64,000 nucleotides of DNA from a virus (lineage: Duplodnaviria > Heunggongvirae > Uroviricota > Caudoviricetes): IMG/VR virus record IMGVR_UViG_3300022918_000010, one strand, 5' to 3'. A program made the position numbers and the translations under genes. This document shows, in pieces, positions 1 through 9,670 of this stretch. The first letter of the stretch is position 1. Each line of letters opens with the position of its first letter. Below the pieces are notes generated by a model, which searched no databases, had not been told where the DNA came from, and was given only the letters and a program-made list of their open reading frames with translations.

Positions 1-28
1 TAATAAAAAAATAATAAGGTTATCTGCT

Positions 29-628
29 ATGTTTACTAATGGAGTATTGGTAGCTAGAGAACAAAAGTTACCAGGTGATCAGATTCATTTGGCTCAATAT
101 CTTTTTGATGGAACATTTACAGATAATGATTTTACTGGTACTATTATTCCAGCATATCAATTTGGTAATCATGTATCATTTGAATTAGAAGAAGGTAAAG
201 TACTTAAAGCTGATTTTAAGATTGAGGATGAAGTTGAATCTAGTGGTATGCCTGTATATATGAGTACTGTAACTAGATTACTAACTAGTTTTGTTACTTA
301 TATAAAGACTAAAAATCTATTAGGATTATCATCTGGTCCACCAACAATTGAATCAGATATGCAGAAGTTACTTACTATGTATAGACTTTATGATATACTT
401 TTTATAGAGGGGCAATTAAATAAGTTCAGTAAGGCATCAAAAGAAGACTTTGAAAGATTTAATTTAGATATGCAGAAATTTGATGAGGACTTTGAGATAA
501 CTAGTATTAGTATAGATTATACTAAACCAGATATATTATACTCAAATTCTAAAGTAACGGATAAATCAATTTTATCTTTTTCATCTGGTGAACAATCATT
601 AATTAATATGATATTTGCAAATAATTAA
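29..628 (+). CDS. hypothetical protein
   Basis: 199-aa ORF from track; stop overlaps next start; no recognisable motif. Confidence 0.5.
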   Translation: MFTNGVLVAREQKLPGDQIHLAQYLFDGTFTDNDFTGTIIPAYQFGNHVSFELEEGKVLKADFKIEDEVESSGMPVYMSTVTRLLTSFVTYIKTKNLLGLSSGPPTIESDMQKLLTMYRLYDILFIEGQLNKFSKASKEDFERFNLDMQKFDEDFEITSISIDYTKPDILYSNSKVTDKSILSFSSGEQSLINMIFANN

Positions 629-959
629 AAATAAATCTATGAAAAATTTAATATTAAGTTTAGTAGTACTAGTTCTCCTATTTGGATCGAGCTGTAAGAG
701 AGTATATTACTGTCCTGAAGGAGGTAATAAGGATGGTAAAGAAACATACATTATAATTACTGATAAGTCTCAGATCCAAGATGCATCATCATGGAAAATT
801 ATTGAGACAAAACCCTTTGGTAAAGCAGAAGAACCTTATTGGATACTTCAATCAGGTAATTCTAAAGTTACTGTTAGGAATATCTATGAATATTACTGGA
901 AACCAGAATATGTGAAGGGTAAAGTAGTATCTGGAGCATTTGTTAAGTCAGTATATTAA
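615..959 (+). CDS. putative secreted lipoprotein
   Basis: N-terminus MKNLILSLVVLVLLFGSSC = signal peptide with lipobox-like Cys. Confidence 0.5.
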   Translation: MQIIKNKSMKNLILSLVVLVLLFGSSCKRVYYCPEGGNKDGKETYIIITDKSQIQDASSWKIIETKPFGKAEEPYWILQSGNSKVTVRNIYEYYWKPEYVKGKVVSGAFVKSVY

Positions 960-971
960 AATATAATAAAC

Positions 972-1031
972 CTCCCTACTGGAGCCTGTCCCGTAATGTA
1001 TGAAAGTCATTATATAGGAAAGGTAGGGAGA
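972..1031 (+). other. long-range hairpin (CTCCCTAC ... GTAGGGAG) followed by TTTATTTATT; terminator-like or structured RNA
   Basis: perfect 8-bp inverted repeat with ~44-nt loop in the 94-bp gap 960-1053. Confidence 0.3.
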
Positions 1032-1053
1032 GTTTATTTATTAATCTAATACT

Positions 1054-1335
1054 ATGAAACAAATACAAAAACTATTATTACAAGCTCAAGAGAAATATCC
1101 AATTGGTACTAAAGTAAATAATAAAAATTTATTTAATTACGATGGTAGGGGTGGAGATTTCACTGTTACTGGTAGTGAAATATATATTACCAGTTCTAAT
1201 GTGATATCAATTAGTAGTAATAGTGTTGACATGGGAGGCTCATATAGTTTATATAGACAAGGTATATGGGCAGATATTACTGAAAAGGTAGTTACAGATC
1301 TTGATAAAGCCAGACAAATAATATATTCAGAATAA
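1054..1335 (+). CDS. small protein, paralog family A (C-terminus LDKARQIIYSE)
   Basis: shared C-terminal motif with 6 other ORFs; translationally coupled. Confidence 0.6.
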   Translation: MKQIQKLLLQAQEKYPIGTKVNNKNLFNYDGRGGDFTVTGSEIYITSSNVISISSNSVDMGGSYSLYRQGIWADITEKVVTDLDKARQIIYSE

Positions 1336-1336
1336 T

Positions 1337-1663
1337 ATGGAAGATATACAACAAGTATTGGAAAAAGCTAGACAAATATATGTTACTGGTACTGTATTTA
1401 TATTTGCTCATTTATCTCATAAGGAAGACTCATTAACTGATACGTCTTATCATTGTGAAATAACTGATGATCACTATTTAGATATATATAGAGATCTTAT
1501 AATGCTTTATGATAAGAGTAATAAATCAATAGTTAGTTGTTATGGGTCCCAATGTTATAGTGCTATAATATATGTTGAGAAAGAGAATAAATTTGCACCT
1601 ATTATAAAACAAGGTATTAATATAGAATTGATAGAGGCTAGAAAGATAATATATAAAGACTGA
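1337..1663 (+). CDS. small protein, paralog family A (C-terminus IEARKIIYKD)
   Basis: C-terminal motif; next ATG embedded in last codons (ctgATGg). Confidence 0.6.
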   Translation: MEDIQQVLEKARQIYVTGTVFIFAHLSHKEDSLTDTSYHCEITDDHYLDIYRDLIMLYDKSNKSIVSCYGSQCYSAIIYVEKENKFAPIIKQGINIELIEARKIIYKD

Positions 1664-1950
1664 TGGAATATATAACTATAGATAATTTAGAACAATTCAG
1701 AAAGGTTTGTCTTATCTATAGGAAACTAGGTAAACTTCCTTTTGTTGATACAAGAGAAATAACAATTTACGATCGTGTTGATCAAGATGAAAGATATAAA
1801 ATCTTTATGTATGCTGATAATAGACATTATTATACTCAGTATTATGATATCAAAAATGGCTTAGCTAATACTGATAGAATAATACCAGCATCATTATTTG
1901 TATGTGAATACTACCTAGATAAACTTGAACAGAAACTTAAAACCAAATAA
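1663..1950 (+). CDS. small protein, paralog family C (C-terminus YLDKLEQKLKTK)
   Basis: C-terminal NLDKLE-type motif. Confidence 0.55.
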   Translation: MEYITIDNLEQFRKVCLIYRKLGKLPFVDTREITIYDRVDQDERYKIFMYADNRHYYTQYYDIKNGLANTDRIIPASLFVCEYYLDKLEQKLKTK

Positions 1951-1951
1951 T

Positions 1952-2278
1952 ATGAAATATTTAATCTTATTTCCATTAAATGGAGAACTTAATTTATTAG
2001 GTACTCTTAATTCTCATTCATATGAGAAAGTAGCTGAAGTAGAAGCTACCAGCATTAGTTGTCTTTTACAGAAAGCTCATGATATGTTTATTGAATCATG
2101 TAATAGAGGGTTATCTAAAGGAGATATAATATTAGAACCACATGATGGAACTTCATATATGATAGAGGATTCAGAAATATCTTTATTATGCAATTGTAAT
2201 CATTTATATGAACATCTATATGATTATGAATATTATGATCATAATATAATTGATCAAGGAAAACATTACTATCATTAA
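1952..2278 (+). CDS. hypothetical protein
   Basis: track ORF 1925-2278; start moved to in-frame ATG at 1952 just after upstream stop. Confidence 0.5.
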   Translation: MKYLILFPLNGELNLLGTLNSHSYEKVAEVEATSISCLLQKAHDMFIESCNRGLSKGDIILEPHDGTSYMIEDSEISLLCNCNHLYEHLYDYEYYDHNIIDQGKHYYH

Positions 2279-2290
2279 TACGTCCCGTTA

Positions 2291-2320
2291 AATAGTGGTG
2301 AAATTAGTAGCCACTATTTT
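2291..2320 (+). terminator. hairpin AATAGTGG-loop-CCACTATT followed by T/A-rich run
   Basis: 8-bp inverted repeat in gap 2279-2332. Confidence 0.35.
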
Positions 2321-2332
2321 AAATTTAAAATT

Positions 2333-2641
2333 ATGCATATTACATACGTAATTAAAACAAAAGATATAAATGAATACGAAAAAGCTTGTGGTATATTAGC
2401 ATCACAAGGATATAAATGGACAGGTGATGTTGACTCTCCTGTAGATACCAAACTAGTACCATATGATTCTAGTCGTCCATATTTATATGTATGTGGAATA
2501 TATGCTGGTGCAACTAAAAGAGTTTATCATTATAAAACTGATAAGGGATATACTGCTATTTCTTTAGATGATTATATGACAATATCTGATCCTGATTATT
2601 TTGGATTACAAAAAGCACTTAAAATTATTTATCATGACTGA
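2333..2641 (+). CDS. small protein, paralog family A (C-terminus LQKALKIIYHD)
   Basis: C-terminal motif; stop overlaps next ATG (ATGACTGA). Confidence 0.6.
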   Translation: MHITYVIKTKDINEYEKACGILASQGYKWTGDVDSPVDTKLVPYDSSRPYLYVCGIYAGATKRVYHYKTDKGYTAISLDDYMTISDPDYFGLQKALKIIYHD

Positions 2642-2921
2642 AAAACAATTATCAATAGAAGTTCTATCTGAAAATGAATATAATAGATTAACTAAAGAGT
2701 TATTAAAACAGGGATATACTTATTTTGGTAAAGATCCTGCTGAAAGAGCATATATTACTCATGATAAATTCATGATTATTAATTTTAGTCCTCATGCAGC
2801 TAAAAATAATTATATAATAGGATCTAGTACTTCTATTGGAAAAGTTATAAGTATAGATTCTTTTATAGACGGAGATTGTAATGATGATTTATATGAAATA
2901 AGAAAATGGTTATATGACTAG
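2634..2921 (+). CDS. small protein, paralog family B (C-terminus YEIRKWLYD)
   Basis: track ORF 2601-2921; start placed at ATG 2634, matching the junction pattern of 3209. Confidence 0.55.
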   Translation: MTEKQLSIEVLSENEYNRLTKELLKQGYTYFGKDPAERAYITHDKFMIINFSPHAAKNNYIIGSSTSIGKVISIDSFIDGDCNDDLYEIRKWLYD

Positions 2922-3216
2922 AAAAGTAATTTATTGTCGTAATCCAGAAAGATGGGAAGAAATAAATGAATTATTAAAGTCTTTAGGTTATTATTGGAAG
3001 AACGGATCACCAGGTGTAGAACCATTTATACCCGCCTATGTTGAATCTTTTCCTTATTTAGTTATAAATGATGCAGGTAAGGGATATATATTAATAAGAT
3101 TAAGGACTAATGATTTAAAAGACGATGAACAAATATATACCATACCTCAGTTTATATCAGAATATGGTATTAATGCTGAGTTAGAAGAAGCTTTAAAAAT
3201 AATATACAATGACTGA
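2914..3216 (+). CDS. small protein, paralog family A (C-terminus LEEALKIIYND)
   Basis: C-terminal motif. Confidence 0.6.
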   Translation: MTRKVIYCRNPERWEEINELLKSLGYYWKNGSPGVEPFIPAYVESFPYLVINDAGKGYILIRLRTNDLKDDEQIYTIPQFISEYGINAELEEALKIIYND

Positions 3217-3532
3217 TGAAGATAAAAAGTGGATTATAGAGAATTTTACAGAGGGTACACAATTTATTCCAGCTCATATTATTAGTCGCAATGAACATTA
3301 TAATCTAAAAGAATATATATATACTGTACCTAAAGATCCAGTAATTTATTTTAACGAAGATGGTAATGTTACTATAGTTAGAAGTATTTTATCAGATGAT
3401 TGGGATGAATTAGCTAGTGAGTATGGTTGGTATGGAAGAATTAAACATAGAGGTGTAATGGCAACTATAATTACCCCTGGAGGAAGTATTGAGTTAAATA
3501 ATATTAGAAAATGGTTATATGATAAACAATGA
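3209..3532 (+). CDS. small protein, paralog family B (C-terminus NNIRKWLYDKQ)
   Basis: N-terminus WIIENFTEGTQFIP is paralogous to 3844-4146. Confidence 0.6.
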   Translation: MTDEDKKWIIENFTEGTQFIPAHIISRNEHYNLKEYIYTVPKDPVIYFNEDGNVTIVRSILSDDWDELASEYGWYGRIKHRGVMATIITPGGSIELNNIRKWLYDKQ

Positions 3533-3854
3533 TCAGAAAATATTAATACCTGCTACTAAAGATAATTTTAATGATATTATAGATTATTTATATGACCATG
3601 GTTATGTATGGGTAAATGAGAATGAAAATGGTAAATTATCACATGTATATCAAAACGTTACTGATTATATAATGGTAAATTATAATCATACAAATAATAT
3701 ATATACCAGTAATGAGATAAGTAGGAAAAAATCTTATATGCATTATAAAATACATAATATTCATGATATGAAACTAATTTACCCTACCGAACAAAATAAA
3801 CAAAATAGAGATAAAGATCTTCAAGATATAAGAAATTGGTTGTATGATGAATAA
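3519..3854 (+). CDS. small protein, paralog family B (C-terminus QDIRNWLYDE)
   Basis: C-terminal motif. Confidence 0.55.
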   Translation: MINNDQKILIPATKDNFNDIIDYLYDHGYVWVNENENGKLSHVYQNVTDYIMVNYNHTNNIYTSNEISRKKSYMHYKIHNIHDMKLIYPTEQNKQNRDKDLQDIRNWLYDE

Positions 3855-4146
3855 TGAAGAAAAACAATGGGTTATAGATAACTTTACTGAAGGAGCTACT
3901 TTTTATCCTTGTGATGTATATAAACCTGGATTAGAACATTTAATCACAATTCCTCCAAATCCTCTTATAAGTTTTGAAAATGATAATTATTGGTTTATAT
4001 GTAGAGGTAATAATATTGATGAAGAATTTAATAATGAGAGAGGATGGATAGCAACTATAAAAAACAATGAGAAATTATCAAAAATAATTACTCCTGGAGT
4101 ACAAAGTGAGTTAAATAAGATAAGAACTTGGCTTTATAATGATTAA
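3844..4146 (+). CDS. small protein, paralog family B (C-terminus NKIRTWLYND)
   Basis: N-terminus WVIDNFTEGATFYP paralogous to 3209-3532. Confidence 0.6.
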   Translation: MMNNEEKQWVIDNFTEGATFYPCDVYKPGLEHLITIPPNPLISFENDNYWFICRGNNIDEEFNNERGWIATIKNNEKLSKIITPGVQSELNKIRTWLYND

Positions 4147-4429
4147 AGAAAGATACGCTATTCATTGTTTTAATGAAGAAGAACATGAATCATTACAAGA
4201 TATACTATTTTCTTTAGGGTATAAATGGCGTGAACTAAATAGATGGAATTGGGATTATAATTATCCTTGTATATTACTACATGATACTGGTCTTGATAGT
4301 AATATATTATATATTGGAAATGAAGATGATGATGATAGTATATATATAACATATAGTGATTTTGAACGTATATATGGACAAAATAAAGAATTAGAACAAA
4401 TAAGAGAATATTTATATAAACCAGATTAA
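4139..4429 (+). CDS. small protein, paralog family B (C-terminus EQIREYLYKPD)
   Basis: C-terminal motif. Confidence 0.55.
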   Translation: MIKERYAIHCFNEEEHESLQDILFSLGYKWRELNRWNWDYNYPCILLHDTGLDSNILYIGNEDDDDSIYITYSDFERIYGQNKELEQIREYLYKPD

Positions 4430-4431
4430 TT

Positions 4432-4728
4432 ATGAAAAATTTATTATTACTACTTATTATAGTAGTCCTAGGAAGCTGTATAAAGCTATCTAAAGAAGAA
4501 AAACAAGAGATTGAGCTAATAGCTAACTCAAAGATTTTAATGTCTAAGGTGACAGCTAATGATGTTAAACTTGATTATTTTGAAAGCAAATTAAAAAGTA
4601 CTGATACTACTGTAACAAGAGAAAGAATAGATTTTTATATAAAAGAATCTAACAATTTAATTGATTCAAATGAACTATTTCTTGATAGTTTAAGAAAAAT
4701 AGTAGTTATACTTAAAGCTAGGCAATAA
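4432..4728 (+). CDS. putative lipoprotein
   Basis: MKNLLLLLIIVVLGSC signal/lipobox. Confidence 0.5.
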   Translation: MKNLLLLLIIVVLGSCIKLSKEEKQEIELIANSKILMSKVTANDVKLDYFESKLKSTDTTVTRERIDFYIKESNNLIDSNELFLDSLRKIVVILKARQ

Positions 4729-4940
4729 TGAAGACACATAGATATTATAAGTTTATAGTAGAATACCTTTTATCATTTTCGTTATTCTTAATATTTATAA
4801 TATTTATGAGTATTCTACTTAGAGTATTTAATATTATTATTACAAAAGATATGCTTGTTACTATAGGTGTATCTTTTTTATTAATATGGATGACATCATA
4901 TATAGGGAGTTGGTTTACAAGTAAATATAAAGAGAAATGA
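4728..4940 (+). CDS. small membrane protein (2 TM)
   Basis: hydrophobic stretches. Confidence 0.45.
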   Translation: MKTHRYYKFIVEYLLSFSLFLIFIIFMSILLRVFNIIITKDMLVTIGVSFLLIWMTSYIGSWFTSKYKEK

Positions 4941-5158
4941 TAACTAAGAAAAAAGCTTTTTATGCTTTATACTCTATATCAGGAGATAAAGCAGATGATT
5001 GGTTGGATAATTTAGATATTAAACATTTACATCAAATTAAGAGAATAATTTTAGCTGATTATGGTATAAAAGACTTCTCTGAAGAATTAACTAAGGATCT
5101 TTGTATTGTTATGACGTATTTAACAGAACTATATTTGCAAAATCATGAGTCAAAGTAG
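4937..5158 (+). CDS. hypothetical protein
   Basis: ORF track. Confidence 0.45.
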   Translation: MITKKKAFYALYSISGDKADDWLDNLDIKHLHQIKRIILADYGIKDFSEELTKDLCIVMTYLTELYLQNHESK

Positions 5159-5384
5159 AATTCAATATGCTAAAGCTATATATTATGAAGGCGTATGTTA
5201 TATTCCTTTATCAAGTAATGGTGATGATGAAGATTATACTTGTATAGCTGAGTCTTATATGGATTCAAATAAATATGGTATTTATGTTGGACCTGGTTAT
5301 ATTTATAATTATAAACTAGATAAATGGGCTCAAGTTATTAGTAAAGAACTACAAGAAGCATTAGAAATTATTTACAAAGATTAA
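5145..5384 (+). CDS. small protein, paralog family A (C-terminus LQEALEIIYKD)
   Basis: C-terminal motif. Confidence 0.55.
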   Translation: MSQSRIQYAKAIYYEGVCYIPLSSNGDDEDYTCIAESYMDSNKYGIYVGPGYIYNYKLDKWAQVISKELQEALEIIYKD

Positions 5385-5405
5385 AAACTTAAAAACAAAA
5401 AACAT

Positions 5406-5645
5406 ATGTTAGCATTAGTATTAATAAATCATATAGGTATAGTACTTATTATGATTTTAGTTGCATTAATTATTGGACTTATTAGATTAGTATTTCAATA
5501 TATAGAAGATGGTGGTAAACATGTAATTATTAGTAAATCAGTAAAGAAAGAATATAAAAATATAGTAGTAACTCCTATTATTATAGCACTTGTAATATTC
5601 TCTATATTTGAATTATTTTATTGGATCTGTAAAATCTTTTTTTAA
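5406..5645 (+). CDS. small membrane protein
   Basis: two long hydrophobic segments. Confidence 0.45.
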   Translation: MLALVLINHIGIVLIMILVALIIGLIRLVFQYIEDGGKHVIISKSVKKEYKNIVVTPIIIALVIFSIFELFYWICKIFF

Positions 5646-6016
5646 TGGGAATTATAATAAGATTTATATATAGATTAATAGTTAGTCTATTTTTATTACT
5701 ATTCATGTATCCAATGACATTCTTATTTGTATTTATACTTCACTTATTGTGGAGTTTTAATATAAAAAAGAGTTGGAATTCTTTTATAGAAGTAATTAAG
5801 GAGCCAATTGAAGTTGATAGCAATAGTTATAACTATTGGGCAAATTATGAAGAAACAATTCAATTACATATGCACGTATGGGACTATTTATGGAATAAAA
5901 TTACTATAATTAAAAATCCTAATTATAAACCATTTGAATTAATACCTAAAGAAGATAAAGAAGTAAAGAGAATTAAGGCTAAAAAGACTATTGTAAAGGC
6001 TTTAGATGATCTTTAA
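5645..6016 (+). CDS. membrane protein
   Basis: N-terminal hydrophobic segments. Confidence 0.45.
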   Translation: MGIIIRFIYRLIVSLFLLLFMYPMTFLFVFILHLLWSFNIKKSWNSFIEVIKEPIEVDSNSYNYWANYEETIQLHMHVWDYLWNKITIIKNPNYKPFELIPKEDKEVKRIKAKKTIVKALDDL

Positions 6017-6046
6017 ACTTTATATGTTTATAAACTTATAATATTT

Positions 6047-6307
6047 ATGGATATAAAAATAGGTGACATTGTATATTTAAAAGAATGGGCAGGTCAGATA
6101 AGAAATCATAAATGGGATACTGGAAACTTAGATAGAGATATATCTATACAATATATTGTTGAAGATATAGATTATGAATGTGCAGCTAATAGCAATAAAG
6201 ATGTTGTAAAAATAGGAGGAACAGCATTTAGAGCTCAATATCTTAGAATTCAAGATCCTATGATAAAACAATTAGAACAAGCAAGAAAAATAATTTATAC
6301 AGATTAA
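6047..6307 (+). CDS. small protein, paralog family A (C-terminus LEQARKIIYTD)
   Basis: C-terminal motif. Confidence 0.6.
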   Translation: MDIKIGDIVYLKEWAGQIRNHKWDTGNLDRDISIQYIVEDIDYECAANSNKDVVKIGGTAFRAQYLRIQDPMIKQLEQARKIIYTD

Positions 6308-6308
6308 T

Positions 6309-6575
6309 ATGAAAGTATCAGAAATCAAAAACAATGAGATAGTAACAACTGACAATGGTCAGACTATCACAACTAAATTAGATGGAGTATTTATTACTTT
6401 ATCTAAATCATCAGGTATTTTATCAATGAAGACTATTACAGAAGCTAAGGAATCTGTTCCTGTATCTTTAAGTAATATGTTTTCTTTTTTATCATCTATT
6501 AGTCCTGAAGTATTAGACTTTAATGGTCTTGTACTAAAGGAAAAGATAAATATTTCATTCAATGGGACACAATAA
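6309..6575 (+). CDS. hypothetical protein
   Basis: ORF track. Confidence 0.45.
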   Translation: MKVSEIKNNEIVTTDNGQTITTKLDGVFITLSKSSGILSMKTITEAKESVPVSLSNMFSFLSSISPEVLDFNGLVLKEKINISFNGTQ

Positions 6576-6702
6576 GATATATGCTTTAATGTTAGCAATT
6601 TATATTGCTGTATTATTATTTCTATATTGGTTGGGTAAGTAAGATATGTTTTAAGTTGGTCGAAAGCTAAAAAGTGAGTAGACCATTTTAATTTAAACAA
6701 AT

Positions 6703-7035
6703 ATGGAATTAGTAACAGAGAATAATATAGATCATACACGTATAGTAATATTTAGTGAAGAAGGAAGAAATTCTCACTTTCACTCAGGCTGTAGTGAAAT
6801 AGAAGGTGAATTCTATATAGCTCCTGAAAATATAAAGGAAATACATTATGGTGCTAAAGATACAGAAAATTGGTGGCCTTTAATTAAGACTAAAGATTCT
6901 GATCACATCATACGTGGGGTTTTAATTGGTAAATATGATAAATATAAAGAATATCATCTTTGTTATAAGGATGATACATATGAAATAGAAACAATTATGG
7001 ACAATCTAGATATTCTAGAAGCTAAACTTAAATAA
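6703..7035 (+). CDS. small protein, paralog family C (C-terminus IMDNLDILEAKLK)
   Basis: C-terminal motif. Confidence 0.55.
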   Translation: MELVTENNIDHTRIVIFSEEGRNSHFHSGCSEIEGEFYIAPENIKEIHYGAKDTENWWPLIKTKDSDHIIRGVLIGKYDKYKEYHLCYKDDTYEIETIMDNLDILEAKLK

Positions 7036-7036
7036 T

Positions 7037-7642
7037 ATGATAAAGTCAATATCAAAGAAATTAATAGAAGTATCTTTTCCTTCATTTGAAGGTGAGATTA
7101 AAATGTTACCATTTAATTTATCAGATCTTAGTTCTATACCTAAACAGTTTTTAGAGTTAGTAATGAGTATGATTAGCTCCCTTCCTGTAAAAGAAGGTAT
7201 AGCATATCTAACTGTTGATGGTAAAATGATTCCTGCTGGTTCTTCCCATAGAAGAGGTGGAGCACATATAGATGGTAATTATATACCAGAAATGTGTGGA
7301 TGGGGATCTAGTGGAACTGGTGGAAATGGATGGAAAGTAGGAGAAAATGGTAGAGCTTTAGATACTGAAACTCATAAATTATCTTATAATAATCCAGATG
7401 GTGGTATGTTAATAGTATCAGATTATGCTGGTTGTAAAGGATGGAATGGTATGTTCAATGGAGAACCTGGAATAGGTGGTGATTGTAGACATATAGAATT
7501 AGATAAAGGATTTATTCTAGAACCTAATACTGTATATTATGGTTCATCTCAATTTATTCATGAATCACTTCCTTTAGAGAAAGAAGTATATAGAACTATG
7601 GTAAGAATAACTCTTCCATTAGATTATCCAATAATTAACTAA
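7037..7642 (+). CDS. hypothetical Gly/Trp-rich protein
   Basis: GWGSSGTGGNGWKVGENG region; unknown function. Confidence 0.5.
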   Translation: MIKSISKKLIEVSFPSFEGEIKMLPFNLSDLSSIPKQFLELVMSMISSLPVKEGIAYLTVDGKMIPAGSSHRRGGAHIDGNYIPEMCGWGSSGTGGNGWKVGENGRALDTETHKLSYNNPDGGMLIVSDYAGCKGWNGMFNGEPGIGGDCRHIELDKGFILEPNTVYYGSSQFIHESLPLEKEVYRTMVRITLPLDYPIIN

Positions 7643-7649
7643 AAACGAC

Positions 7650-8123
7650 ATGAATAAAGAAAAAATTACATTAATCATTCAGATGAAGATTGATTCACTG
7701 AAGGAAGAAGTTAAAACAGGTAAGAATCAAGAAGCTAAACTTGGAAGAGATTATGCTGATAAAGTAGAAGATGGTACTATTACTACTCAAGATCTTATAG
7801 ATGCTCAAAATCATGGATTAAAAGCTGGTGATCTTATGATAGCATTTACTCATCTTAGAAAGAATGATACTGGAATGACTCAAGCTGAATCTATTGAATT
7901 AGGTCATAAGATTCAATTTATTTATTTAAGTTATCATCAATCTAAAGGTAGAACTGATGGTGCTAATTTATTCAGAGAATCTATGAGGCCACATGAAGAT
8001 GGTATTGATGCTATATATGCTGGTACATATGACCCAGTTAAGTTAGAAGTACTTAAATCTCTTCCTGAAATAAATGCATGGGATCATAAATTAGGTGCGT
8101 CTGCATATTCTAAAATATTCTAA
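7650..8123 (+). CDS. hypothetical protein
   Basis: ORF track. Confidence 0.5.
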   Translation: MNKEKITLIIQMKIDSLKEEVKTGKNQEAKLGRDYADKVEDGTITTQDLIDAQNHGLKAGDLMIAFTHLRKNDTGMTQAESIELGHKIQFIYLSYHQSKGRTDGANLFRESMRPHEDGIDAIYAGTYDPVKLEVLKSLPEINAWDHKLGASAYSKIF

Positions 8124-8125
8124 TA

Positions 8126-8527
8126 GTGACAGCTGAGAAGATAGCTAAATTAAGAGAATTAGCTGATAGAGGTATTGGAGGTGAAAAACAGAATGCTAGA
8201 GATATACTTACTAAACTTGGAGTAGATTGGAAGAAACCTAAGTTAAACTTTCAAGATACAATTAAGAAGACTTTTAAGAAGGATTATACTAGATCATATC
8301 AAATACCTATTAAGGATGCAGGTGATGTATTATTCATAATGCAATTACTTAATAAAATCACTAGTAAAGCTAGTATATCAATAACTGATAATCGTATTCA
8401 ATTTAATTGTACAAGTGTGCAAATGGAGGATATCTCTAAAATCTACAATAAATATAGACAAGATTTTAATGCTAAAATGTGGTATGAATCTGATAAATAT
8501 ATTAATCAATATTTAAAAACAATATAA
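8126..8527 (+). CDS. hypothetical protein
   Basis: ORF track. Confidence 0.5.
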   Translation: MTAEKIAKLRELADRGIGGEKQNARDILTKLGVDWKKPKLNFQDTIKKTFKKDYTRSYQIPIKDAGDVLFIMQLLNKITSKASISITDNRIQFNCTSVQMEDISKIYNKYRQDFNAKMWYESDKYINQYLKTI

Positions 8528-8709
8528 TGGGACAAATAATAGATAAGCCTGAAGGCTATTTAGACCACACTATAAAGAATAGTAAAGGTCAAACACTACT
8601 ACTTATTGAAACAGAAGATGGGATTGTTACAGAGCCTCTAGGAGACTCTTCATACAATTATGAAATAGAAGTATATGATGCTTCTATAGAAATAAGAGAA
8701 GTAGCTTAA
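8527..8709 (+). CDS. hypothetical small protein
   Basis: ORF track. Confidence 0.4.
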   Translation: MGQIIDKPEGYLDHTIKNSKGQTLLLIETEDGIVTEPLGDSSYNYEIEVYDASIEIREVA

Positions 8710-8734
8710 AGATAATGTTTATGTTTTATGGTTT

Positions 8735-8769
8735 AGCCTATACTGAGAAATTGGTATAGGCTTTTTTAT
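8735..8769 (+). terminator. rho-independent terminator
   Basis: AGCCTATAC-loop-GTATAGGCT perfect 9-bp stem followed by TTTTTTATT. Confidence 0.7.
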
Positions 8770-8776
8770 TAATGTT

Positions 8777-9130
8777 ATGGGAAAAATATGGAAATCAGGT
8801 GAAGATGATTATGTAATTATAAAGGATGATGGATCAAGATTACATCTGAAAACAAATTGTAGATATTTAGGACAAGATAGAACTGGTTTATATATAACAT
8901 TTAGATTAATAAAAGTAGAATATATAAGTAGTAGACAGCAATATATTATGAGAGTTAGTGAAGTATACAATTCTAATGGAACTACTCTACTTGCAGATAA
9001 TGAAGATGTATTATTCACTTTTAATTATGGAGATCGTGATAACTATAGTACTATTACTCCCACAGAAATAGTTTCATTACTTGAAACTATGTTATATAAC
9101 ACTAATAAACTTAAACAAAATGGGAAGTAA
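8777..9130 (+). CDS. hypothetical protein
   Basis: ORF track; first gene after terminator. Confidence 0.5.
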   Translation: MGKIWKSGEDDYVIIKDDGSRLHLKTNCRYLGQDRTGLYITFRLIKVEYISSRQQYIMRVSEVYNSNGTTLLADNEDVLFTFNYGDRDNYSTITPTEIVSLLETMLYNTNKLKQNGK

Positions 9131-9368
9131 TAATACAATAACAGATTTTAATAAAGATGATCTGGTATATTATGTACCAAGACATCTTCAACCTCTAGAA
9201 AGAGAAAGTCCAATGTTTAAAGATTGTCAGGAAGGTATAGTAACTAGTATCAGATATCCTTGGGTCTTTGTAAAATATAAGATAAAGAGTAAAACATTTA
9301 CTGGAAAAGATTATTCTAAATATCAAATAACTTCTCAAGCAACTAAACCTGAAGATTTATGGAAGTAG
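9120..9368 (+). CDS. hypothetical protein
   Basis: track ORF 9081-9368 trimmed to ATG 9120, which overlaps the upstream stop by 11 nt. Confidence 0.45.
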   Translation: MGSNNTITDFNKDDLVYYVPRHLQPLERESPMFKDCQEGIVTSIRYPWVFVKYKIKSKTFTGKDYSKYQITSQATKPEDLWK

Positions 9369-9670
9369 ATGAAATAATAGAAATATGTAAAAAGATATAT
9401 ACCAAAGATACTTATTATTTTAATGCTCGTGTGGCTGTTGTAGATAATTATAATAGGTTAACACATTTAGGTTTGCCTATTTTTAAAAAATATCATCATC
9501 AAAATTATAAAGATTCTGACTTAGCTATAAGTAGTGGTAATGGAATAGTATATTGGAATGGTCATTATGCAGAATTATGTGATAATAAGGGTAATATTAT
9601 ACCTTTTCCAGAAGGAGTATTTACTAATTCAGATTTAGAACTAGCTAGAAAGATAATATATGCAGACTAG
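9359..9670 (+). CDS. small protein, paralog family A (C-terminus LELARKIIYAD)
   Basis: C-terminal motif; next ATG inside YAD codons. Confidence 0.6.
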   Translation: MEVDEIIEICKKIYTKDTYYFNARVAVVDNYNRLTHLGLPIFKKYHHQNYKDSDLAISSGNGIVYWNGHYAELCDNKGNIIPFPEGVFTNSDLELARKIIYAD

